Below are positions 17,895 through 31,249 of a stretch of DNA of 64,000 nucleotides, piece by piece (within the stretch, counting starts at the first letter, position 1; every line of letters starts with the position of its first letter). A model generated the notes under the pieces. It did not search any database. It saw only the letters and a program-made list of their open reading frames with translations, and was not told where the DNA came from. A program made the translations under genes and the position numbers. Location: NCBI RefSeq assembly GCF_009914755.1, contig NC_060928.1. One strand, 5' to 3'. This DNA is from the human T2T-CHM13v2.0 reference genome, Homo sapiens.

Positions 17895-19010
17895 AGGAAT
17901 CTATTATTCATTAGGTACAGGGCTAGACCCTGGGGACAGAAAAATGATCCTTGTCCTTTAGATGGTCTTGTCCTAGTAGATGAGGGTTCTTGTAAGCAAG
18001 AACATTTCAATAAATGTTGGTCAGTGCTCAGATAGATGTTAACATGACAGGCCCACTCCTAACATTTTCAGGGCCTAGGGCAAAGATGAAGCCCATATGT
18101 CATATATATCTAGAGATTTGGCATTGATAAATCAGGCTAGCAGACCATTGCTAAATAAGATATGTTATATCCTCCTGCTTTGATAAAGATACCTGTTCAG
18201 GCAAATATGAATTTAGAATTATGGAACCCCTTGGAGTTCTACACAGAAACATAGCAGTGAAGGGAAAACCAGTTGCTGACCTGTAGCCTGACTTCCTCTC
18301 TTTCCTTTTCTGGCTGCTTCCGCACTGTAAGGGGCCTCACAAGCACACCTGTGGATACTCCAACCTGAATATTCAGAATGCATCCACATGGACACAAACA
18401 GGTGGCTTTGGCTACTCCTCAGCCTAGGCGTGCATACCCTGAGGCTTTGGAAGTGAATTCTGAGCCATTTGGACAGAAAATTCTGGGTCCAGGGAACCTA
18501 CAGCATAATCTGAAAGGGATAGGTAGAGCCCTGGGGGGGCATTTTACTTGGCCCTGAGAATTCTCCATGAAGTGGAGGATCATGGCCCTGCATAGTTCAG
18601 AGCCCAGGGAAGAGGTTTCCCGGACTGGGTCATAGGACAGCAGTCAGCACTGATATTCAGCATGAGGATCACTGGGTGTGTAGAGTTGGACGCTTAAACC
18701 CCTCTCCCCCAACAAAAAGGGATCAGAAAGATTTCAAGACTTCTGAGAGGAAATAATATCTGAGCTAAAATTTGGAAGGGGAGGCTAGACAGTTAAGCAA
18801 AGGCAGAGAGTCCATTGTAAGGTGAGAGATCAGCAGGGGCACATTTGCTGAGAGATGACATGCCATCGTGTGTGTGAAGAACTACACGCAAATTCCTCAT
18901 TACCAGAGTGGAAATAGGTAGGAGCTGATGCCTAAATGGTGGGTGGGGTCTTGGTATCGAGGAAATTGTCTGCCTTTCTAAAAGGCCTGGATTTAATCTG
19001 TAGGTGATAG
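17895..19010 (-). mobile_element. LINE-2 fragment interrupted by a DNA transposon
   Basis: ctagaccctggggacag..; ttctgagaggaaataatatctgagctaaaatttggaagg; ggatttaatctgtaggtgatagag. Confidence 0.5.
18048..18652. mobile_element. hAT-Tip100 (MER115/Zaphod-like) DNA transposon relic
   Basis: cagg..gggcctagggcaaag..aagcccatatgtcatata..taaatcaggctagcag..gatatgttatatcctcctg; ends cagcactg. Confidence 0.5.
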
Positions 19011-19354
19011 AGAACTCTTACATACCTCCACTTATGCACCCATTTTTGGCTAATAGTGTGATCTTCTTAGGTCCTTTAAGTCCAAAAGCATCGTCCACTG
19101 CAGAGTTTGTGATCTAGGCTGTAATTCTGGCTGGAAAGCACTAAGGAGCTATCCTGCTGACTTTCAGAGCCCTGGAAACAACTCTCTGCTGCTCCCTCTT
19201 GGCAGCTAGAATTTCACTCTTTGGTGTTTCAGGGACCATTTTGCAACAAGTTGTGCTTTTATTATATTTGTTATTCTTCTCTTTCTTTTCAAGACAGTTT
19301 CTGGCACCATCCATCCATTTATTCATCATCATTTCAGGTGTTTAACAGTGCTCA

Positions 19355-20048
19355 TGTGCTCATGTGTTTGCAGTTATTGAGCTTCTTTAAGATGTTTATT
19401 TTGAGTTATTTTTCAGACAGTTCATGGATCTCTGTTTCTTTAGAGTTGAATAGAGATTTATTAGTTTCCCTTGGTGGTGTCATGTTTATCTAATTCTTCT
19501 TGATCCTTGTGGACTTGCATTGGTGTTGGTGCTTTTGAAGGAGGAGCCATCTCTTTTAATCTTTACAGGCTGATTTTAGCAGTAAAAGACCTTCCCTTGT
19601 CAGGTCTCAAACAAACTGCCTCTGAGACTGTGGTTGAGTGGGGCTAGAGCTGGATCATAAAGCTGCTCTCGGTCTGCATTTGAGTCTGTGGTTGTTGGGC
19701 CCTACCACTGGGAGCGTGAATGGGCATGGCTCCTGCTGCTTCCACACACGGACAGGGCTGGTGGCAGGACTGTGGACCAGTAGGGCTGGAGCCCCAACCA
19801 CAGGGGATGGGGCTGCTTCCTGTTCTGCAGCTGGCTCTGTGGTCAGTAAGCCTACTAACAAGGCACAGGCCTGTCTTCTTTAAGTGGCTTTTCTCAGTTT
19901 TGGGCTCCACTGGTGTGTGGAAACTTCCTATCTGGATTCTGAAGCTCCCTTAAAGGCACTTTTGTCTGTGGATAGTTGCCAGATCCATGTTTCTATTGGA
20001 GATGAGGACTGTAGATGTTCTGTTCCGCCATCTTGCTCATATCACTCC
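19355..20048 (-). mobile_element. Old L1M 5' end fragment (5'UTR plus ORF1 start)
   Basis: Homologous to 44300-45388; ends ccgccatcttgctcatatcactcc (minus-strand caagatggcgg, the L1 YY1 site). Confidence 0.7.
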
Positions 20049-21885
20049 TCTGGAATTTTTTTTTTCCAGGTACAGAAAGTATCGTGGATAACAGTTTGGG
20101 GCTCAATTTAAGCTGCTGACCAAGTTGTTAATTGCTTTGTGAGGAGGCAGCATGACGCAGCTCTAGGTTTCTCAAATTTCAGACATTCTGATGCTGCCTT
20201 TTAAATTTTTGCCATGGCACCATATAGAAACTTATCTGCAAACCAATTGTATTATTATTGGTAATATTTTATGTTTTCCTTTAAATTGAACATTTAAGAA
20301 ACTTCAATACATTTAATTTTAAAGATATTTTGTATCATGCCCTTAAAAACTGTTTTATTCACACCAAATTCACATTAAATTAACACAGAAAATGTCTATC
20401 TTTGTACACCAAAAATTATCACATGTACTGCCAGGGGGTATCCATAGCACATTTTTGGGAAAAACTAATAACGTAGAAAAAGCACTGATTTTGGAGTTAT
20501 CAACATTTGGTTTAGAATCTCAGGTCTCCTATGAAGGTAAGTTATTTCTCCAAGACTTACGTTCTTTATCTGTAAATTGCAGATCCTTGACTTCTAGGAG
20601 AGGACAGTGAGAGGATGAACAGAACACAATGACCACAGGGTCGGGCAGAGTGAAGGCACTCCATAGATTCTTCTTCCATTTACTATTCGCCTTTATAACA
20701 GGCTCAATCATCTGTTTTTGGCAATTACTAAAGTGTATTTTCATTGAGGTACAATTTATATGCAGTGAAATGCACAGATATTAAGCGTACAGAGCAACAT
20801 TATTTTTTTAACTCATGGTTCTATGTTTACTGTTTGAACCAGTGTCTGAAATACCTGGACTCTGGTATCGGATTTGGTATTCACTAAATGTTTGATTTTA
20901 GAAATGTCACAACTTCTGTGAATCTCTATTCATATAAAGAATTCTGTGTGAATCTGGGTTAAAAGGACTGAATGTTTACAATTGTGAAAGACTGCCCAAG
21001 ATTATTGTTAGTAATACTCTTTCTGTTATTCTTAATGTTAATGTGAAGACTTGGATTTTCAAACTTGGACAAATCTATAGGTTCTTCTTCATACCTTGCA
21101 TGGGCATACACAGCAACCCTGATCAGTATAAACCACTTAGCAAGCCCCAACTTGCAGTTCAAAATCAGCAGCTCATTGGAGGCAAGTTCAGAAGCATGAA
21201 ACAATCACTCAAGGCTTGCTTAGTCCGTATTTCTGTCTCAAACTGTGAGAAATTGGCAATTTCCCTCTTTGGAGGGTGTTTCCACAGCTGGATCTTGATC
21301 AATCAGAAGCAGGAATCAGGAATTCTGATAAATGAAACCATGCTTAGACATCACGTATTAATATCCATCCATCATTAATTCATTCACCAATTTTTTGTGT
21401 GTGTTCTATGAACCTAGTCAGTCTGGCAACACCTCTGCCAAAACCCTCCCTAAGCACAGCAGTCCTTACTGACCTCTCTTCTCTGACTCCTATATTCATG
21501 AGCTTGCTGAGTCTCTACCCCGTCACAATAGACTTTTCCCCAGTGACCCATACTCTTCATGAGGGCAGCGTGCACCGCTGGGGAAACATCATGTCTTTGT
21601 TACTGTCTTGTGTGAAGCATATCTTATTTCCATAAATTTGACTCCTTAATGGTCATATGGAACTGTGATCAATTCAGTGGATGTTTATAAGAAAAATTCC
21701 CGTTTAATGCAAGAAGGAACTTTCCAACAGCCAGAAATGAGTACCAACATGATGGCGGCCCCAAGAGAGTGAGTACTCTCGAATGGGTACGTTTAAGCAA
21801 AAGCTACATCGTCATCTGACAGTGGTGATGTAAATCGGAAACTGAAAAGTTCAGAAGGGCTCAAGAATCAAGATCTGCAAGCCTA

Positions 21886-22060
21886 GTTGAGTGCAGTGGT
21901 TCATGACTGTGGTCCCAGGTACTCAGGAGGCTGAGGTGGGAGGATCACGTGAGCCCAAGAGTTTGAGGCCACAGTGAGCTATGATCATGCTATTGCACTC
22001 CAGCCTGGGCAACAGAGCAAGAATCTGTTTTGAGAAAAATAAAAATTAAAAAAGTTAAAA
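21886..22060 (+). mobile_element. Free Alu monomer (FRAM-like)
   Basis: Single right-arm-type monomer, A tail, degenerate TSD tct(g/a)caag(c/t)cta. Confidence 0.75.
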
Positions 22061-22334
22061 TTAGAGTTCTACAAGTCTAAATAGTGAGTACGCTGTAGTA
22101 AAACTAGCCTTCTCTGCTGAAATACTAATAAAGCAGAGTTAATTAGTGTTGTGTTAGTTATTTACTTTAAATACTTTAATATAAAGAGTGGGAAATTAAG
22201 GCTATCATTATTAGTTAGGTTAAGCCACAGCCCAGATAGTCCTATTTTTCCAATTGGGCCAGCTAGCATTCTAATAAGGAAGTCTATATTGAGAGGCAAC
22301 TTTTACAGACACTTCCATGACCAGGGAACTTGTG

Positions 22335-22570
22335 AAGACCATGAACCCTGGAATCGGACTGCCTCAATTCAAATCCTGGCTCTGCTATTTACTAGTTAAA
22401 ACATCTCAGTAACTTAACTTATCTGCATGCCAGTTCCTGCATCTGTAGAATGGGGATAATATTAGTGCCTACTTTATAGGCTGCTATGAGGTTTAAATGT
22501 GTTAATATGTGCAGTGTTTAGATTAGTATCTGCCACATAGTAGATGTTATACAAGTGTTTGTTAAACAAA
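22335..22570 (+). mobile_element. MIR
   Basis: ggactgcctcaattcaaatcctggctctgctatttactag..atctgtagaatggggataat. Confidence 0.75.
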
Positions 22571-23000
22571 CAATGTCAACTTACATGTGACACTTTGCTT
22601 AAAAACACACCAAATATAAGAAATGAGTTCTTATTGGTGAAATTCAAGGTATTCAAATGAATAAATTGGTTAACATAACTTTGAAACACTCCTCACTCTT
22701 CTACCTTTACATCAACAAAATATAAGAATCTAATGAGGCCAGTAGGGATGACATCCAAGATTTAATCCTCCCCTGGGTCCAGCAATTGGGTCAGAGGATT
22801 CTGGTTCCTGATGTCAACTGAAGGAAACAGAATCCATCCTCTAGAATATTATCATTTTTTCTCAATTAAGCATTTGATGTATGCTGGTAATCGGAACACT
22901 AAAAGCACAGAGAATCGGAGTTCGTGGAGTTTGCAAGCAGATTGTATGAACACTTGTGTGCCTGCTTGCTAATAAATACTTGTTTAGTAAGCATATCCAT

Positions 23001-23300
23001 GGCTGGTGCAGTGGCTCACGCTTGTAATTGTAGCACTTTGGGAGGCCTCGGCAGGTGGATCACCTGAGCTCAGGAGCTCAAGACCAGCCTGGGCAACTAA
23101 AATACATCTCTACTGAAAATACAAAAATTAGCTGGGCATGGTAGTGCATGCCTGTAGTCCCAGCTACTTGGGAGGCTGAGGCATGAGAATTGCTTGAGCC
23201 TGGGAGGCGGAGGTTGCAGTGAGCCAAGATTTCATCACCTCACTCCAGCCTGGGAGCAGAGGGAGACTCCATCTCAAACAAACAAACAAACAAACAAAAA
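23001..23300 (+). mobile_element. AluS (Sz-like) with (AAAC)n tail
   Basis: Alu dimer, ggatcacctgagctcaggag; tail microsatellite 23276-23300. Confidence 0.88.
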
Positions 23301-25899
23301 GCATGTAACAGAATTTGGTCAGAGACTTGCTTTTATTATAGTCCAGTAGAGAGATTGTAGGGGGAGAAGGTAACTCTCACACACATCACATTTTTAGAGA
23401 TTAGGGTTACCTATAAAAATTACCTATTTTAAGAATTGTGCATGTTCAAATTGAATTAGGTTCAGTTCACAACAAAAGGGAAATAGCCTAGGATATACTA
23501 AGGAGGAGTAGTTCAGTATGATCCACTGAATTCAGTAATTCAGAGGGATCCAAAGGATTGCCAGCAGACAGAGTAAAATGTGAGATAAGCCTCTGGGAAT
23601 GGATGAAATGTAATTAACAGTAGTAGGGAAGGTAAGAAGCAAAGTATGAGATTGACTGAGATCCTGTGTTCATGAGTAGTTGAAGAAGAAAGGTTGGATA
23701 AGAAGGGTAATGTCAAAATGGGGAAAGATTAGAGGGTAGTCCAGTTTTTATTTTCTTTTTTGGCTGGACAGACAATACATAGCTTCCTAATATGGCTTAT
23801 CGAGACACTTCATAAACCTGTTCTCCTGCACATCACCTATGACCTCCTAAATCCCACAGCAAGTGGCCTTATCTCAGTTCTTCCCTTTGTCCCCATTTCT
23901 GTGGCATTTGAGCTCTGATCTACCGTCCCTTTGGGAAGATGTTATGGCCCTTAATAGAGCTAGTCCTGGAGATCGAGATTTGCAAAGGGAGAGTACTGAT
24001 GCTGTGACAAGGCATAATATCACTGGGCGGGTGCTGAGTGCCCAGATGCAGAGAACTGAGATGGAACCTTGGAGGATGGAGGCATTTAGGGGGAAGGGAG
24101 GAGAGATCAGAGACAGGAAGGGAGTAAGGGGAGCTCAGAGACAGAAGTCAAAGGACACTGTGGGTGTTCATTCATGTGTTAAATCAGGCAAATCATGGCA
24201 CTATTTGTGGGTGGCATTGGAAGTTGCCAGGGATGAAGGCAGTATCTAGGTGTGTTTGCGGAAATACTAAGGAGGACAGTAAATTACCATGGTAGGCAGT
24301 GGGAGAATAGGAGATATATTAGACTGCCTACCAACTTATTAACTCCATGGAAGCATCCATCTAGAAAATATTGATGATTCACTGAGATAATGATTGTCCT
24401 TGTTTTCCTTTGTTTTCTTTTTTATCTCTTCCTTCAGTTCCTCTTCCTTGCTTCCTGGGTAAATCAAATCACAAAATGATGAAACCTGCGTCTCATCTTG
24501 ACAAAGCATAGGCCCTGTTGCCATGGGACTTCTGTGGTTTTCCATTATAAGAATTATTATAAAGATATGTGAGCAAGAAGAACAGATAAAAGGTCTCTTT
24601 AAAATGAACGTGTAACTACATACATAGTTTTTACAATGCTGTCTTCTTACCTGTGGGAAATGTTTGCACTTAAAGCACTTAGAAAAAAAAAACAATTATT
24701 TTAAGCAATGTTGCGTTTTTTTTTCCCTTGCAGGCTCTAGATGTAATGATAAGCTTTCTTTAATTTATGAATAGAATTTGAAAGAGAATTGTCTAGTAGA
24801 AGGAGTCACTTATGTACGCAAAATATATTTATTGAATTCATTTCATGTGCTAGTGAGTGTCCTAGACACTGGAGATACAAGGTGAACGTAACAAAAATGT
24901 TCATTGAACTTGCATTCTGGATCTTCTGTAAAGGTGACACAGACAATGAATTCTGGCCATATCAGCTGTTTTACTTAGGTAAGTTTTTAAATCTGCCTCT
25001 GTTTCCTCATCTGTGAAATAGGATTGTTGTGAAGATAAAAAATTAGAACACAGTTAAATACTCAACAAATGTGTTAAAGTCAGAGGCTAACATATTCAAA
25101 GGTGACCTGAAAACTATAAAGCAGCATAAGTAATCTAATTTGTTACTTACCCTGGGATGGACCACCTTAGAGGGTCATTTGGCTTATGACTTTTAGACTG
25201 TCTGCACTTGGCAGTGGGTGGAGGTGGTTAATTTTGTCTGACTGATAAACTGCTCTCTATTTCTAGTTCCCCTGTTGAGGATTCACCAGTCATTGCAAGT
25301 CCCTGGAAACCTACCACCTGCAGCTTGCTCACTGGGGAGTGATTTGGCTTGCTGTGTATAAAGGGTCTGAATGAATTTTAAAACTCTTGAATCTACCCTA
25401 TATGATGTTTATGAGAAGCTAAAATTCATTTTGAACATTTACAAAAAGCTTTTGTTACTATTATGTTTAACCCTTTCTGCTGGAGCAAAATAAATGGAAC
25501 GTTTCTGCTATCTCGCTCTGCTAAGTTTATCAGGTCCTGCTGGAGTGGGCGTATATAGATGAGGACCCCAGGAGCTATACAACAATAAAAGAGAAATCAT
25601 TAGGTTTTTTTTTCTCCCGTGCACATTGTCCTATTATGTTCTGGCTGGAGGCTGGGGGAGTTAGATATCCTGCCTGTTCTTGGTAGAATTATTGCTTTGG
25701 GGCGCAAGGTCTGGGGAAACAATGACCCTATGCATGATACCTTCTGGTATTTGTGAATAACAGTCATATAAAATCTAATGAATATGTTGGCTTCTATAGT
25801 GAAATCAAGTCCAAACAAAGGATGCGGTGAAGCTTGAATAGAGTATGTGGAAGGTAGTGTAATATTATAGTCTTAAATCCAACAGCAAAAACAGCATCA

Positions 25900-26190
25900 G
25901 ACTGGGCATAGTGGCAAGTGAGGGCCAAGATGGGAGGATTACTTGATGCCAGGAGTTCAAGACCAGCCTAAGCAACAAAGCGAGACCCCCATCTCTACAA
26001 AAAAAAATTTTTTTTTTTAATTAGCTGGGTGTGGTGATGTGCACCTGTCTTCCCACCTACTCGGGAGTCTGAGGCAGGAGGATCCCTTGAGTCCAGTAGT
26101 TCAAGGTTGCAGTGAGCTATGATCAAGCCATTGCACTCCAGCCTGGGCAACAAAGCAAGACCCTGTATCAAAAATAAACAAACAAATAAA
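25900..26190 (+). mobile_element. AluJ with a short left-arm deletion
   Basis: Alu dimer; degenerate TSD aaa(a/g)cag(c/t)atcag. Confidence 0.85.
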
Positions 26191-26209
26191 GCAGTATCAG
26201 CATTAGTAT

Positions 26210-26614
26210 TTTCATGTGCGTCCGTGTGAAAAGACCAGCAAACAGGCTTTGTGTGAGCAACAAGGCTGTTTATTTCACCTGGGTGCAGGAGGGCTGAGTC
26301 CGAAAAGAGAGTCAGCGAAAGGAGATAGGGGTGGGGCCGTTTTATAGGATTTGGGTAGGTAAAGGAAAAAGGGGGGTTGTTCTCTGGCAGGCAGGAGTGG
26401 AGGGTCATGAAGTGCTCGGTAGGGGAGCTTTTGAGCCAGGATGAGCCAGGAGAAGGAATTTCACAAGATAATGTCATCAGTTCAGGCAGGAACAGGCCAT
26501 TTTCATTTCTTTTGTGGTGGAATGTCATTAGTCAAGGCAGGAACAGGCCATATGGATGTGTACGTGCAGGTCACAGGGAATATGATGGCTTAGCTTGGGC
26601 TCAGAGGCCTGACA
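26210..26614 (-). mobile_element. LTR7, 3' LTR of HERV-H
   Basis: Minus strand tgtcaggcctctgagcccaagctaagcc..cacacggacgcacatgaaa; poly(A) signal AATAAA (ggtgaaataaacagcc). Confidence 0.95.
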
Positions 26615-26628
26615 TTCCTGTCTTCTTA
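26615..26628 (-). other. HERV-H polypurine tract
   Basis: Minus strand aagaagacaggaa immediately before the 3' LTR TG. Confidence 0.8.
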
Positions 26629-28254
26629 TATTAATAAGAAAGATAAATCAAAATAGTGGTAAAGTGTTGGGACAGCGAAAATTTTGGGGGATGGTATGGA
26701 GAAATAATGGGCGATGTTTCTCAGGGCTGCTTCGAGTGGGATTAGGGGTGGTGTGGGAACCTAGAGTGGGAGAGATTAAGCTGAAGGGAGATTTTGTGGT
26801 AAGGGGTGATATTGTGGGACTGTTAGAAGAAACATTAGTCATTTAGAATTATTGGTGATGGCCTGGATACGGTTTTGTATGAATTGAAAAACTAAACGGA
26901 ATAAGAGAAGGAGAAAAACAGGTATTAAAGGTCTAAGAATTGGAAGAAGCTAGGACATCTAATTAGAGAGTGCCTAAGGAGATTCAGCATAGTTCTGCCA
27001 GCAAAGAGTATTTATTTACTTCAAGAGTTAAGAGTGGCAGTTTGGGGATAGCACCAGGAGATATCTGCTGTGATGGCTTGGAGAAACAGTGTAAACCGGC
27101 AGTGTAAACAAGAGCAGGGCATGTATGAGTAGTTGAGAACGGTGAATAGGAGTATGACTAGACAGAAGATAGTAGGGATGACAAGTTTTTCGGGGGTACA
27201 GTCCAAGTTGGTTTGGTGTCTGGAATGAGACTGGGGCTTAATAGAAAGGAGCGTCTATACAGGAGCTCAAATGGGCTGTACCCTGTACCATTCTAAGGAC
27301 AGGCTTGAATTCTGAGAATGGAAAGTGGTAAAAGTATTGTCCAGTCCTCTTTAAGTTGGTGGCTGAGCTTGGTGAGGTGTGTTTTTAAAAGACCTTTAGT
27401 CTGTTCTACTTTTCCTGAAGACTGAGGACCATAAGGGATATAAAGGTTTCATTTGATACTAAGAGCCTGAAAAAATGCTTGGCTGATTTGACTAATAAAG
27501 GCTGGTCTGCTATCATGATGTATAGAGGTGGGAAGGCCAAATGGAGGAATTATGTCTGACAGAAGGGAAGAAATGACTGCAGTGGCCTTCTCAGACCTTG
27601 TAGGAAAGGCCTCTACCTATCTAGTGAAAGTGTCTACCTAGACTAAGAGGTATTTTAGTTTTCTGACTCGGGGCATGTGAGAGAGGTCAATTTGTCAGTC
27701 CTGGGTGGGGGCAAATCCTTGAGCTTGATGTGTAGGAAAGGGAGGAGGCCTGAAGAATCCCTGAGGGGTAGTAGAATAGCAAATGGAACACTGAGAAATG
27801 ATTTCCTTGAGGATAGATTTCCAGGATGGAAAGGAAACGAGAGGTTCTAAGAGATGGGCTAGCGGCTTGTAACCTACATGGAAGAAGTTATGAAATGACG
27901 ACAGAATAGAATGGGCCTGTGAGGCTGGAAGGAGATATTTTCCTTGGTCTAAGAACTATTTGCCTTGTGTGGAAGAGATTGATAGGTGGAAGTTTCAGCG
28001 GGGGAGTAGGTGGGAGTGACTGATGTGAAGGAGAAAAACTGGCTGTGAGGGACAGAAGTTGGAAAGCTAGCTGCTTGTCTAGCCACCTTATCAGCATAAG
28101 CGTTGCCTGGAGCAATGGGATCTGACACCTTTTGATGGCCTTTGCAGTGAATGACTCCAGCTTCCTTTGGAAGTAAAGCGGCCTTGAGCAGAGTTTTTAT
28201 TAAAGAGGCATTAATGATGGAGGACCCTTGCGTAGTGAGGAAACCTCTTTCAGC

Positions 28255-28551
28255 CTATATAACAGCATGGTGGTGCAGAATATGAAAGGCATATTTAGAG
28301 TCAGTATAAATATTGATGCGTAGTCCTTTTGCAAGAGTGAGGGCTTGAGTTAAGGCAACTAATTTGGCTTGCTGAGAGGTAGTGGAGGGGGACAGAGTGG
28401 TAGCCTCAATAACAGATGTGGAAGATACTATTGCATAGTCTGCCTTTGCTGGTGAGTGGCGATTAGGCCTGGTGGAACTGCCATCAATAAACCAAATGTG
28501 ATCAGGGTGAGAAACAGGGAAGAAGGAAATGTGGGGAAATGGGGTGAACAT
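28255..28551 (-). pseudogene. pol: HERV-H pol RNase H remnant
   Basis: WFIDGSS..TTSQQAKLVALTQALTLAKGLRINIYTDSKYAF. Confidence 0.9.
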
Positions 28552-29059
28552 CAGGTGGATCAGAGAGATGCAGTAATGAGGGTCAGGTGTGGTATCCAGA
28601 ATAATGTGGGAGGCTAGATTGAAGTTCGTGCCAGGAACAATGGTAATTGTGGGAGACTTAACAAAGAGTGAGTATAGCTGAAGGAGCCAGGGAGCGTCAG
28701 GTGTGAGGAAGAAAATAGATCTTGGAAGTTATGAGAAATGTAGAGAGTGAGTTGAGCACAGTTTGTGATTTTTAGGGCCTCTAAAAGTATTAAAGCAGTG
28801 GCAGCCGTTGCACGCAGACATGAGGGCTAGGCTAAAACAGTAAGGTCAAGTTGTTTGGGCCGAAAGGCTACAGGGTGCAGTTCTGGCTCCTGTGTAAGAA
28901 TTCTGCCCATACTAACCATGCCTAGGAAGGAAAGGAGTTGTTGTTTTATAGAAGGGATTGGGGTTTGGGAGATTAGCCGGACACGATCAGCAGGGAGAGC
29001 ACATGTGTTTTTATGAGAATTATGCCGAGATAGGTAACAGATGAGGAAGAAATTTGGGC

Positions 29060-29296
29060 TTAACTGAAGTAATGGGGGCTGTCTGTGAAGACTTGCGGCA
29101 GTACAGCCCAGGTAATTTGCTGAGCCTGATGGATGTCAGGGTCAGTCCAAGTGAAAGCGAAGAGAGGCTGGGATGAAGGGTGCAAAGGAATAGTAAAGAA
29201 AGCATGTTTGAGATCTAGAACAGAATAATGGATTGTGGCGGGAGGTATTGAGGATAGGAGAGTATATGGGTTTGACACCATGGGGTGGATAGGCAA
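29060..29296 (-). pseudogene. pol: HERV-H pol reverse transcriptase remnant
   Basis: NPYTLLS..YSVLDLKHAFFTIPLHPSSQPLFAFTW..WAVLPQVFTDSPHYF. Confidence 0.92.
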
Positions 29297-29502
29297 AACA
29301 ATTTGGTTGATAAGGCACAGATCTTGAACTAAACTGTAAGCCTTGTCTGGTTTTAGGACAGGTGAAATGAGGGAATTGTAAGGGGAGTTTATAGGTTTTA
29401 GAAGCCCATGCTGTAGCAGGTGAGTGATAACAGGCTTTAATCCTTTTAAAGCATGCTATGGGATGGGATATTGGCGTTGAGCAGGGTAAGGGTGATTAGG
29501 TT

Positions 29503-29916
29503 TTAATTGGATGGTAATGGGCATGTGATCAGTTGCCAGGGAAGGAGTAGAGATGTCCCATACTTGTGGGTTAAGGTGGGGGGATATGAGAGGAAGACAC
29601 AAAGGAGGCTTTGGGTTGGGGAGAAGGGCAGCAATGAGATGCGGCTGTAGTCAGGAATAGTCAGGGAAGCAGATAATTTAGTTAAAATGTCTTGGCCTAA
29701 TAAGGGAACTGGGCAGTTGTGGATAATTAAAAAAGAATGCATAAAAGAATGTTTTCTAAGTTGGCACCAGAGTTGGGGAGTTTTACGAGGCTTAGAAGCC
29801 TGGCCATCGATGCCTACAACAGTTATGGAGGCAAGGGAAACAGGCCCTTGAAAAGAAGGTAATGTGTAGTGGGTAGCCTCTGTATGGACTAAGAAGGGGA
29901 CGGACTTACCCTCCAT
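29503..29916 (-). pseudogene. pro: HERV-H aspartic protease remnant; catalytic DTGA mutated to HTEA, frameshifted
   Basis: EGKSVPFLVHTEAT..VVGIDGQAS..CPVPLLGQDILTKL. Confidence 0.88.
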
Positions 29917-31249
29917 TGTTAGAGTTACCTAGAGCATCTGTGATTGTCCTGTAGGCTTCCGAGGCGATCAGGCAGTGTCAGTCTTCAGCTGCTAAGCCGA
30001 GAAGATCTGGGAAGAAGTCAGTCAGAGAGCCTTAGGTCAGAGTTCCAGGGGCTCTGGGAGTGGCTGCCAGGTGAGTTGAACAGTCTGATTTTCAGTGGGG
30101 TCCGGCACAGGTGGAATGTGCCTTAGGAGGAATCCCGGGCTGTGGGCATTCCTTGGCCCTGTGGCCAGATTTCCAGCACTTGTAGCAAGCTCCTGGGGGA
30201 GGAGGTTCTGGAGGAACCCCTGGCAGCTGTGGTTCGGGCATTTGGAGTTCTCATGTGCTGGAGATGTGGCTGGGGTTTGTCTCACAGCGGAGGCAAGGAA
30301 TTGCAACTCAGAAATACGTTGCTACTTGGCTGCTTCTATTCTATTATTGTACACCTTGAAGGTGAGTTTAATTAAGTCCTGTTGTGGGGTTTGAGGGCCG
30401 GAATTTAATTTTGGGAGTTTTATTTAAAGTCAGGAGTGGATTGGGTAATAAAATGTATATTGAGAATAAGACAGCCTTTTGACCTTTTAGGGTCTCGGAC
30501 TGTAAAGCATCTCAGTGTTGCTGCCAAATGAGCCATGAACTGGGCTGGGTTTTTCATATTTGATGAAAGAGCCTAACTGCTAACTGATTTGGGAGAGGTC
30601 GCATAAAGAAAAAGGAAAATTAACCTTGACTATGCCTTTAGCTTCAGCCAGATTTTTAAGAGGAAATTGCTGGGCAGGTGAGGGAGGGCTAGTCACAGAA
30701 TGAAACTGTAAGCTGGACCAGGTGTGAGGAGAGGAGGTGATAAAAGGATTATAGGGTTGGGGAGTAGAGGCTGAGGTAGAACTGGGACCTGGCTCAGCCT
30801 GGTGAGCGGCAGCCTGGGGAGGAGGGGAGAGGTCAGATGGGTCTGTAGAAAAGAAAGATTAAAAAGACTCAGTGAAGCTTGAGGTTGGGACTGAGAGAAC
30901 AGGTGGGAGGGAAAGAAGGAGTATTTGGGACAAGTCGCATTGGGAACAGAGAATAGGGAGGGAACAATGTGTAAAAGAATGCCTGGACGTCAGGCACCTC
31001 AGACCGTTTGCCCATTTTACAACAAGAATTATTTAGGTCTTGTAGGATGGAGAAATCAAAAGTGCCATTTTCTGGCCATTTAGAGCCATTGTCAAATTTG
31101 TATTGGAGCCAAGTGGTGTTGCAGAAGAAGATAAGGCATTTAGGTTTTAGGTCAGGTGTGAGTTGAAGAGGTTTTAAGTTCTTGAGAACACAGGCTAAGG
31201 GAGAAGGAAGAATGGAGGGTGGAAAGTTGCCTATAGTGAAGGAGACAAG

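Noticed and set aside
25995-26528. 177-aa minus-strand ORF
   Set aside because: Chance read-through of LTR7 into an antisense AluJ; no protein homology
26620-27250. Possible intact or domesticated env
   Set aside because: Only a short remnant without a long ORF; matches the usual env-deleted HERV-H form
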